Source: Ylistrum balloti (lineage: Eukaryota). From it: a DNA stretch of 64,000 nucleotides. The notes below the pieces were generated by a model, which was given only the letters and a program-made list of their open reading frames with translations, made no database searches and was not told where the DNA came from. The DNA lies in the NCBI RefSeq assembly GCF_031769215.1, contig NW_026781861.1:62001-126000 (forward strand), in the 5' to 3' direction. The translations under genes and the position numbers were made by a program. Of this stretch, positions 1 to 12,100 are shown one piece after another (within the stretch, counting starts at the first letter, position 1; the number at the start of each line of letters is the position of its first letter).

Positions 1-11
1 CCAGTACATAC

Positions 12-149
12 CATTACACAAGAAACTCATCAACCTATCAGAAATGTCGGTGAGACCTTCAACACTGTCTGTCAGGTGTAGGAATTTGTTTGGCGGCATG
101 GAGACAGCAGATTTCATAAAATCCTGATCAGAGGTACTCAGATCAATTC
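12..149 (-). CDS. Exon: C-terminal third of basic VWA domain E (GIDLSTSDQDFMKSAVSMPPNKFLHL...LMSFLCN)
   Basis: tgtcag acceptor, gtatgt donor, 138 nt, phase 1-1. Completes the VWA begun at 4290. Not in the ORF track. Confidence 0.85.
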
Positions 150-3100
150 CTGACAACAAAAAATGAAATTACATATATCAACACAGAGGTTCTTGTACGT
201 AAACTTATTTCAGTGTTTTATTAAGGTACGTTATGTTTTGCACGATTTTATCATTTCAAAATAAATATTCCGTAGACTTTCATTTATTTTTTCTTTTGAT
301 TACCGATTACCTTTTCCTTGAAATATGACCCAATTATTGTTGATAGATGATTATGATGTCAGACCCATTGTGACGTCATTTTTGCTTAGTTGTCATTGAT
401 TCATTAATTATTAAGCAGATGATAGAATATAAAGCTATTTCACATGGCCGCTACGTATATAAGTCTTAGAATGTCATCCGTGAGATAAAATAACCATATC
501 AGTATGACTAAATGATTTTGACGTCATAATATAGCGCTGAAAATTCAGAGCCGATAACTTCTCGACGTTCTTTAATATTCTATTCCTCAAAATTTAAAAA
601 GGTATCACTAGTAATGTCATTTAAACACAAGAATTGAAATGAAATCATTAAACTTCTTTCAAAACTTAATGTATTTTGATAGACACAAGTGAATTACGTT
701 TACGTCCTTTTAGGATGTCAAGGGCCTAACCTTTGAAGCCTAGGAAACGATTGAAGAAAATCAGTTAAAATAGAGCTAATACGATAACGCCCTACTTCAA
801 TAAATGTAATATTTTATCTGATAATTTCCAAAGAACGTGAAGTTCAAGTGTAACAAATTTTACACTGCCTTAGAAACGGCGTGAAAGTTCACGTACCGAT
901 TCCCATTACTCTGACGCCTCTCATCTTGATCTTGTTGGCTTGCTTGATGACGTTGCTCTCGTCGCGCATGCTCTTTGTAATGAATACCACATATCTTGGG
1001 ATACGTGTCCTGGAGTTAGGAAGTAGGCGCAAGTTCGCTTTTCTCAAAGCCTCAGCTGGATTAGGATCATATGCTCCCTTACTCCTGGTTAAGTAAACGT
1101 TGACGTAAAAAAGTTGAAGAATGAAAAAATAAAACACAAGGAAATGGTTTTATATGAAAATAAAGGTAGAATGAATGCGATGTGCAATAATCTAAATACG
1201 ACATTAAGCTTTATCAAAACAAAATTCACTGATGCAATTATTGTAATGACGTCATAATGTCGTCATGACAGTCATTTATCGAAATCGCTTTGTTTTTATT
1301 TTCATGTAAATCTTTAGGCAGTGTCATTGCATCAATTTTGACTTTTAATTGAAAAAAGAATGTTAAGGCGTCGGTATTTTCTTTCTTACAGTTCCTCAAA
1401 ACACAGGGCGGGTGGGGGGAGGGGCAATCAATTCCATGCCCGTTCTTTATGGCTATCAATTCCATGCCCGTTCTTTATGGTTATCAATTCCATGCCCGTT
1501 CTTTATGTCGGGTCAACAGAGAGACAAATTTGGATCTTTGTACAATACATATTTAAATGAAATTTAAGTCTATATATATTTAATTAAAAATAAAAATGCG
1601 GTTTTATTCATTTAAACACTTTACACTGTTGATTGGTTCATGGTTTGTAGAGACTATGCTATTTATAACTCCTTACACTAATAAAGAAAGTCCAGTTCAA
1701 TGTCCTAACACGATTGTCAATAGGTCATTTTCCTCTTCACGGATAATACAGGTGTTCGAGCAAGACATTAGGATATAGGTTCACCTGCGTTCGCGCGCGT
1801 TCTCCATTTCCACCGACAGGAAGACCCCTAAACGGGCTTCTATTTGCGTCCACGATCCAAGTTATTATTGGCCGGTAAAATTTTTGCATAATTGTGTAAA
1901 AAAAGTACATATCTGTGAATGGAATATCTATATATAGATTTCATTATCATCGACTATCATTCAACACTATGTATGGTTATATACTTCCACAGGGTTTCAA
2001 ACATTGACATTACCGCTGAATGGATAGCAGTGAAAGCGGAGATAAGATTTATAGTCATGAATGAGTGATTTTCAATTTGAATGAGAAATGAATCTGTTTG
2101 TGTTCTGTGACACGAGTCGCTCAGCTGTGTTTAACATCTCACAGAGGTCTTGTCCCATCTTCCATTCATGTTTAAATGATATACAAATTGTAATGGTGTT
2201 AGATTACAAACTTCGTGTCTTAGGTAAAATTTCAGGATGAACAGCTTACTCTGGTTTTTAATTTGGGTCACAGATTTATATGAAAACATATGACGATAAT
2301 AACTGATTCTGCCCCTCGGTGTGGGGTCTGCCTCAGGATACAATATCAAGTTGGGAAACTTGTTTAAATCATTTTTAAAAATGCAGATTTTAAAAAGCGT
2401 CAATAATTAATTTCCTTGATTGTGAGCCATCACCAAAACTCTTAAAAAGAAGTATAATATTTACAACACTTTAAAACAAGTTATATCTTTTTTTTTTTAA
2501 ATCTGTTACACTGTTTTAGGCCGGTCGGTATTGTGTACGGTTCAGGCCGGTCGGTAGTGTGTACGGTTCAGGCCGGTCGGTAGTGTGTACGGTTCAGGCT
2601 GGTCGGTAGTGGGTACGGTTCAGGCCGGTCGGTAGTGGGTACGGCTCAGGCTGGTCGGTAGTGGGTACGGTTCAGGCTGGTCGGTATTGTGTACGGTTCA
2701 GGCCGGTCGGTAGTGGGTACGGTTCAGGCTGGTCGGTAGTGGGTACGGTTCAGGCCGGTCGGTAGTGGGTACGGTTCAGGCCGGGCTGGACCTAACAATC
2801 ACCATCGACCTTACGGTCAACACTACGGACCTTCAGGCTGGTCGGACCTTTCCATTGTGTATCGGCATCACCACCCCGACATAACCATCACCACCTGACC
2901 ATCATCACCCCGATTTTACCATCACCACCCCGACCTCAGCATCACCACCCGACATAACCATCACCACCTGACCTTACTATCACCACCCCGACCTTACCAT
3001 CACCACCCTGTCCTTACCATCACCACCTGACCTTACCATCACCACATTGACCTTACTGTCACCAACCGACCATACCATCACCACCCGATCTTACCATCAC

Positions 3101-6100
3101 CACCCTGACATTACGGTCACCATTCGACCTTATCGTCAACAACCCGGCCTTACTATCACTATCCCGACCTTACTATCACCACCCCGACCTTACATCACCA
3201 CCCCGACCTTACCAATACCACACGACCTTACAATCATCACCCTGAACTTACGGTCACCACTTGACATTATCGTCGACACTCCGGCCTTACGATCACCATC
3301 CCGACCTTACTATCACCACCTCCGTCTTTACCATCACCACCTCCGTCCTTACTATCACCATCCCGACCTTACCATCACTACCCCGACCTTACCATCACCA
3401 CTCCGACTTTACCATCAACACTCGACCTTACTGTCACCACCCCGACCTTACCATCACTACCCCGACCTTACTGTCACCACCCCGACCTTACCATCACTAC
3501 CCCGACCTTACCATCACCACCCCGACCTTACCATCACCACTGCGAACTTACCATCACCCCGACCTAACCATCACAGCCCGACCTAACCATCACCACCCCG
3601 TCCTTATCGGCAACACCCTGACGTTTCAGTTAACAACAAGACTTTACCGTTCAGGTTATAAGCTTAATCATGACGTGACCAATTATAGTACTTAACGTTA
3701 CCGTTTAAAAGACTACGGCAGTTGACGCTATATATCAATACACTATTGATAACCATTGATTGATTGATTGGTTGATTGGTAGATATTGATGCATTGACAT
3801 TATACTTTGTATAACGTAGAAAATTAGCAATAATAAAATCAACGAAATTAACTTAAATGTTCACAAAACAAAATTAACATAAGTATCGGAATATTGCGTA
3901 CTGTTCATAATTAAATTAAATTGTATGTATTCCGTTAGACACGTAAATACTTCATTTGATAGGATACAACGTAAATTTTTAAAATTACTTCAGGCAAGAC
4001 GCCGTGGACAGAGTCTATCTGAAACGTGAACATTTGACAAGAAATTAATAGTAATTACTTTAGACCAGACACCACAGACAGGATCGATTTCTTTTTGGAC
4101 GTCCTACTTAATGTCAGTTTGACTCTGGAGTATTTGGCGAAACTGACAATGCCTGCTCTGAACTTGTGTCGTTTGAACTGCATCCTTTTGATGACGCTGC
4201 GCAGGAATCGTTTCACGCTGCGGAGTTCCTTCCGGCTGACGTAGCGGGATGTATCCACCACAAATACCACATCCGCTGCCGCATCACATCCTGTGTCAAA
4301 AGATCTCCCTTGTGAAATGACGAATTGTCTATATCTAGCTTGAAACATTTCTTAGAATTAAAATTTTAGAACAGAAATTTGCGACACGATGATGAGTAAT
4401 CTGTATGGCTTGTTATGGAAATAGAATGTAATATTTACCATTCTTTTATTTTCTGTTTATTTTTGGTTTCAGGAATGTACTATCAGATTAAAAAAAATAT
4501 ATTATTTGTCAAATGACAAAAAAAAAAAAAAAAAAAAAGCACAAATATGTTCGTAGAATTGAAAAAAATCTCTAATTGTTCGGATGCCTGAATACCTACT
4601 TTTCTCGCAAGTGTCACCAGTATAGCCAGGAACACATTCACACACAAATCCGTTTCCATTTTCACGACACTGTCCTCCATTACTGCAAGGATTCACGTCA
4701 CAATAGCTTTCATCTGGAACAGATAATTGGAAAAATTGTTAAGTATACTTCTTATTCTGTCTATATTTGGAAACTGAGAATCTCTGCATAGTCTCTACAA
4801 ACCATGAACCAAGAGAAACCGTGCACCATTGTTACAATAGTTAAACTCTTAGAATTTGGCCATTAAAATTCGCCCTCTGCAGATAATGAAAATAAATTGG
4901 ATGTAACAGGCCTGTAACGTATTAGCAATTTAGCCGGGGTATTGCGACATATGATAATGCGTATAAAAACCTATGAAAAGGCTGCCGCCCGCCGACTTAA
5001 TCAAATCTGTATCTCCTAGATAACATGGACTACTGGCGAGTTCCTCGTACAAACCTCAATTTATAATGTGCAATTCCCCTATACTGTCCATAATTCATGA
5101 TACGGCAACTGTCGGCTAAAACAGGTTCATTAAGTTCTGTGGTCGTGGGAAACACGTTATAAATTCAAATGGGATAAACAACTAGCATGCTATGTAAACT
5201 TTCCAATATGGGATGTCCGTACCCAACATCGATACGTGTACTTAGACGTATTGGAAAATTTTGATTAATTGATCATACGACGGCGTATCTTTTGCAAATC
5301 ATTAATGAGTCACAGAGTCCTAAAATGGTTGAGGTCACCAACTTACCTCTTTTGTCAAAACACTAACATTGTTGATATCTTGTTCACCATAATAATATAA
5401 TTAGCGAAAAAACTTATGATTCGTAAAAAAAAATTCAGACACTCTTACACCCATGGAGAACCGGTATGGTAATTCCCATTAACAAATGTATCGAACTTGT
5501 TTCTTTCTGGATGTTAAAGCACATTTATCTTTGAATTCATTTATATTATCCGCATATGCTTGCCTTCAAACACGGGTCTTAAGACCTGGTCCGCCAGTCC
5601 GTTACGTAATCCATCTGCACCGTTGATTTCAATTGTGTTTGAGCCTTGTACGTTGGCGATGTTTTCCACATCTGTCTTTACTCTTAAGTCGATTCCGATA
5701 GGGACGATCCTGATGCCGGAATTAATGGCTAATTCAGCTTCCTGCATTGTAGTGTCAGCATTTATCTCCACCGAGCCGTCTGTCAGTAGATACGCAATAT
5801 TGCGCACATCCGGTCTGTCATTTCCGGTATTGAACATATTCACGCGCACTGTTTCGAAGGCAGACGCCATATTTGCTTGGCCTCTGGTATAATGTATAGC
5901 GTCAATAGCGCGGACAATTGTCTCCGTGTCCCTGTTAAAAGTTTAGTATCAAAGAACAAAAAATTGATGAAAAGGCATTTTTGTGTCAATGTTATGGTTT
6001 CCAGCTTAAGAAAAATCATCACGATGGAGTTTAAAATAAACCATTTATCTTTTTTGTTATCAAGTGACACGTTCCTAATTTCTATCTTATACAAAACAAT

Positions 6101-9100
6101 ACTTAAAAGAAAAGAACAAACACCTATTGGAGAAAGCTAGTCTGCCTATGCTTAATCAAAATAATGGAACATTTAACAGCTTTAGATCAAATTAATGCAT
6201 ATCATAAGTAAGATGTGTCATTGAATTAGAATGCTGCTGTTCAGAAAAATCGACCACTTGAATATTTTTACATTATGTTTACCTAAATGCTCCTATGTTA
6301 AATTGCACCATGGACGCTGAGCTGTACTTCATGACACCGACTTGGATGTCACATGACTCGATATTCATCTTACGCACGAGCTCTTCTGCATACGTTTTCA
6401 TTCTCTGGAAAGTACTCTGTCCGATACTCGTGGATGAGTCCAGCATAAACACCACATCTGCGGACTGACCACAGGCTGAAACACAACAGAAACGGTGTTA
6501 TAGTTATACTAATATATACTATATATATATATAGATATATATCATTTTTAGGTTATTAAGAAATAAGCCATTGAACGTTTTTCTAAGCTTGTTTTTTTGG
6601 GAGGTAGCTATTTTTGCGATTTTATTTCATTCTCGTGAAATCAGAGCCTTCGAAAAAAATAAGTCTTTATTGTGTACAACAGTGTAATTCTGAGTTTGTT
6701 TTGTTCACGAGAATATCTGGATGTAAGCTCAACAGCTTTGATAAACAAAGTCTCTAATATGAGCAATGTCTGGAACGACAATAAACATATTGCATCTCTG
6801 GAGTTAATGGTTTTATTTACACGTTTACACAATAGTATTTTATATGGCTCAACACATGATCAGAGAAACAATAACTTAAATTGATATCTGTTGTTGATGT
6901 CAGAACTTTGGGAACTCTCCTGTGTGAAATTTTGATTAAAACAAACAAGTTTGGACGATTGTATTACAAGATATCTATTGCTTATGTCAGAACTTTGGGA
7001 ACTCTCCTGTGAGAACAATCTATTCCAACAAACAATTCTGAACAAGATATATGTTGTTTATGTCATACATATGAAGGTTTCAGATACATAGTTATACAAA
7101 TGCGTTAGTATTATACAATTACTGATAGCATTATTTGCTGTGGAATGTTGTTTTAAAGTCAGTATCAAAATCTTCTTATTTGGCAAGCTAATCTGTGTAG
7201 TGTACCTGTCAATTGTTACATTATAGTTACACACGTGACATTGTAATGCTACATTATAATTACACGCGTGACATTATAATGTTACAATATAGTCACACAC
7301 GTGATATTATAATGTTACATTATAATTACACACGTGACATTATAGTTACACACGTGACATCGGAATCGTATCGCGGTCATGTTTTCTAATCACGTTTTAG
7401 AGCATCGTACATGTAGGTTTAAATTCATTACAAGTTACTCTTCACGCCTTCTCTACTTAACGTATTCCTCAAGACAGAAATAGGAAATTTGTTCATATGA
7501 ATTTTACTAGGAAAATGAGGAATTTGTAGGATCATTTTGATATAAAAAATATCGCATATCTAAACGATTTCTCTGTTTCTGGGTGAAACGTTTCATTGTA
7601 TAGAGAGGATATTTGTATCAACTTTTAGGCGATTTTAACACATTTTGACAAAAATGAGTTTGAAAATTACATACTTATCCAATAACGCTTCATCTTAGTA
7701 AGTTAAAAATGAAAGTAGTCTACTTTAAGTTTATAGTTCGTTTGTAGAAGTAATTTAAATGCTCAACATATGTCTTTTACTTTAGATTTGTCTTATCTCT
7801 GGTTTGGTTCATGAGGAAAAAATCCCACGTGTTCTAATAGATTGTTGGAATGAATGACAACATCAACTCACAGGCACCTCCATTCAAATCCAACTGTTGT
7901 CTTCAGTCATAATTATTTAATTTCTAATTATCTATATGTATCGCTCTGTTACCGCTCTATTAGACACGTGCCTTTCTCTTTGAAATGATTACTATGGACA
8001 TAAACACATTATACATGTGATATAGATTGGCATTTGCAGGAAAGATATTCTTTGATCAGCACTTGAGAAAGACATTGGCGTATCTTGTGAACGTATGTAG
8101 GAACAACACAACGTCTTAATATCTGCATCTGTCTTTCGGGTATTTACCGGCAACATTCTTATCTCTCCGTGGCAGGTGTGCCAAATCGACTTGTCAATCA
8201 GTCATACTTATTAATAATTACACAAGAGAAACGTTCGTCTACAAGTATTTTATGATATTGTTCTTTTCTTCTTTCTTTTCTAGCACTCCGACGATTTCAG
8301 TTTCGAAGTGAGTATTCTCAGCAATTCTGTTATTGATATGTGAATTGCTTTGATGTTAAAGAACATTTGTATTAGTTAAATCCTAATAATATTTGATAAT
8401 TATTAATAGTAAAAAAAACAATAGATATTCAAATGAAGGAAACACGTGTAGGATTCCTGGGACAGTAATTTAGGCAGAAATCAAATTCCTCCTTGACAAC
8501 ACCGTGGTGGAGTGCCGGTAAAAACATTTAGAAAAATGACTGATGACTAAGGATTATGAAATACCGATGTGAAGTGCCGGAAAAATATTAGGAACATTCA
8601 TTGAAGATTAAGAATTATGAAACACGGGGCTAGTGACCTGCCCTTCTAGATTTTACGGGGCTAGTGACCTGCCCTTCTAGGTTTTACGGGGCTAGTGACC
8701 TCCCCTTCTAGGTTTTACGGGATTAGTGACCTCCCCTTCTAGGTTTTACGGGGCTAGTGACCTCCCCGTGTTTTACTGGGCTAGTGACCTTCCCTTCTAG
8801 GTTTTACGGGGCTAGTGACCTTCCCTTCTAGGTTTTACGGGGCTAGTGACCTTCCCTTCTAGGTTTTACTGGGCTAGTGACCTTCCCTTCTAGGTTTTAC
8901 GGGGCTAGTGACCTTCCCTTCTAGGTTTTACGGGGCTAGTGACCTTCCCTTCTAGGTTTTACGCTGCTAGTGACCTTCCCTTCTAGGTTTTACGGGGCTA
9001 GTGACCTGCCCTTCTAGGTTTGAGGTTTTACGGGGCTAGTGACCTCCCCTTCTAGATTTTACGGGGCTAGTGACCTCCCCTTCTAGGTTTTACGGGACTA

Positions 9101-12100
9101 GTGACCTCTCCTTCTAGGTTTTACGGGGCTAGTGACCTCCCCTTCTAGGTTTTACGGGGCTAGTGACCTCCCCTTCAACGTTTTACGGGACTAGTGACCT
9201 TCCCTTCTAGGTTTTACGGGGCTAGTGACCTCCCCTTCTAGATTTTACGGGGCTAGTGACCTGCCCTTCTAGGTTTTACGGGGCTAGTGACCTGCCCTTC
9301 TAGGTTTGAGGTTTTACGGGGCTAGTGACCTCCCCTTCTAGATTTTACGGGGCTAGTGACCTTCCCTTCTAGGTTTTACTGGGCTAGTGACCTGCCCTTC
9401 TAGGTTTTACGGGGCTAGTGACCTGCCCTTCTAGATTTTACGGGGCTAGTGACCTTCCCTTCTAGGTTTTACGGGGCTAGTGACCTCCCCTTCTAGGTTT
9501 GAGGTTTTATGGGGCTAGTGACCTCCCCTTCTAGATTTTACGGGGCTAGTGACCTCCCCTTCTAGGTTTTACGGGACTAGTGACCTCCCCTTCTATATTT
9601 TACGGGGCTAGTGACCTCCCCTTCTAGGTTTTACGGGGTTAGTGACCTTCCCTTCTAGGTTTTACGGGGCTAGTGACCTCCTCTTCTAGGTTTTACGGGT
9701 CTGATGACCTCCCCTTCTATGTTAAGACTTCTTTTTTGATCACTTTGAATACACCTAAATCGCTTCCCAGGTTTCAACATTTAGGCCCATAGCATCACTG
9801 ATGAGTTCTGTGATGTAATGTGTAGTTTAGATTACTGATTTGGCCCTACTATATCTTTCTCTAAAGGACCACGTGGCATTTATAGCACCCCACTTCCCTG
9901 AAATAACACTTAAAGATTTCAAAAGGTCCATAGGGCCTGAATTATTATAGAATTTGCGACATTTACTGAGGGTATAAGGTAAAGTTCAGAAATGGCTCCA
10001 TAACACGGCAAGGGTTCATCGCAAGGCTTCTTATAACCACTTATTTTGTTCATTGGAATCTATTTATCATTTTAAGCAAACATTATTTGTCAAATTTGGC
10101 ATAAGAAAAAAGTTATCATCAATTAAATAAAGACAAATGGGATTTATTCTTGATTTTAAGAACAGAAATTGATCCTAAGAGGAGTGTTTCAAACTCTTTC
10201 GGCCAAAATTTTGTTTAAAAATCGTGACCGATAAGTTTGTCAATCAGCAGCTTAATTACGTGGAGTCAGAATCTCGAAAGTGACGTCATGTAATTGATAT
10301 GATGTTGTGATATATTTCTTATCTTTGTTTTTGTTCTTCAAAATATGAAACAGAGATAAAGAAAGTTTAGAGATGACATTAATGAGATGATAAATTAAAA
10401 CATCTTTGCAAGTAAAGTAAGAGGCCTGGAGAGCCCATATCAGTTCTTTAAGATACACCATTTTCATCGGCATCACCCACGTTTAACCACATGAATGATG
10501 CTATAATAACCTGGCGCAAGTGGATGGCTGATTTACAATCTAGATTCATTGAATTTACGACTGGCAGACTGGAGGATTTTAGGATTTGTCTAATGGCTAT
10601 AATAGCCAAGGTAGTATAACATTGATGCAACATGTGCACACATGCCGGACGTTCTTTTCCCTGCAGGGCAAACACAGTAATATGCCTTGATAGGATCATC
10701 TGAATCAGTTGTTTCAAACTGGATCCAAACATAGTACTTTGTTTGTGACTGGTGGCGTGAATGAATCTGACCTCGAATGAGATCATCCGCATGCTGGTAT
10801 ACCCAGATCTCATAGTCACCTTCATTTGACTGGTGCTCAACAATATAACCTGGGGACAGTTTGATCTGGTAAATACCACATGCTAATGTTTCAAGGTACT
10901 CAAGATTCAACTGAGGAAAGGAAACATTTGATGCTTCTAGTTTTCGTCACACATTTGTGGCTATACGAGTCATGTTTGGGTCCTCCGCAACCTGCTTCAC
11001 AAGAGCATTATCTCTTTGCAAAAGAGATACCATGCGAGTTGCAATTTATATGTCTCGCTGCTTACGCTGGGGATCTGAAACGTATATTGGCCCTCTGAAA
11101 CCATTCAGGCTTGCGATTACTATACGTACAAGTTTCCCAATGATTATAATCAGATGATTTGAAGTGAGTGTATCTTTAAACAGTACCCATTTTTTCAATC
11201 TTCCATGGTAAGACTCCACAACCCAACGTACCTTGGTACAGCAACGATCATCGTTAGCTTGTTGAGAATCCAGTTGAGTCTTACCAGAGGGCAGGAAAGA
11301 CGGCATTTTAGCAACATAGCCCAACTGGGCAAGGATATCAAGCACATCCCTGAAACCACGGTCTACAATCATATTGTCATTTTCACGTAACCATGATCTT
11401 AGAAGATCAAAATTATCCCATGATCATTTTTGTAATGCTTGCATCATTATTGCTGCCACAGTATGGTCCTGTTGTGTCTATCACGTATATATCAGGTAAC
11501 ACAACTGACATGAATTTTAGATAATTGGTTTTCTTTTGCCCCCCATAAGATGCCCTTTGAAACTCATGATGGCTGTTTTTGTTTAGATAAATATATGTTC
11601 TATCCAATATGAAATTTACGTTGGCACCATAGGATGTTTTTGCAAAAACTGTATGGTGGGATATGGCTTAATCACGAGAAAGATGTCCTGTTCCAAGATA
11701 TTTTGGCACAAGTGTTGTGTTCAAAACATCAACTACGTTTTCCATGAAAGGTTAGTTTTTCATTTAACCCAGAAAAACTGAAGAACATCCAGTGAACTGG
11801 CAGAGAAAGTCAAAACTGAAAGATCGGAATTGCACAATTCATGAATTTTCTTCAACTGTTCTACGGTCCAACCAGTCGATACAGTCGGTATCTGATAGAT
11901 TTGCGAACTGTAGATTTGGTGCAATTCCATCTTTGCCTATCTTGTGTATTATTTCAAATAAATCATTAATGACCTGGCCAGAAATACCTCCTAGTTTGGC
12001 TTGTAGAGGTTCTCGACTACTCAAAGATACCTCAGTATCCGGATGCAAGTAAGTGCCAGTAAGGTGTTGCGGGCAGATCCGGAGGGCACCATAGGCATTT

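Noticed and set aside
3047-3695. Long Pro/His/Thr-rich plus-strand ORFs (179 and 144 aa)
   Set aside because: Read-through of a C-rich minisatellite that is open in several frames, with no splice or domain support.
8626-9720. CRISPR-like appearance of regular ~31 bp repeats
   Set aside because: Units are contiguous with no unique spacers, no cas genes are present and the context is eukaryotic. The same applies to the 47-bp and 62-bp arrays.
9785-9850. Possible C/D box snoRNA (TGATGA ... CTGA)
   Set aside because: The boxes are only ~35 nt apart, the terminal stem is poorly placed, and such short motifs are common by chance.
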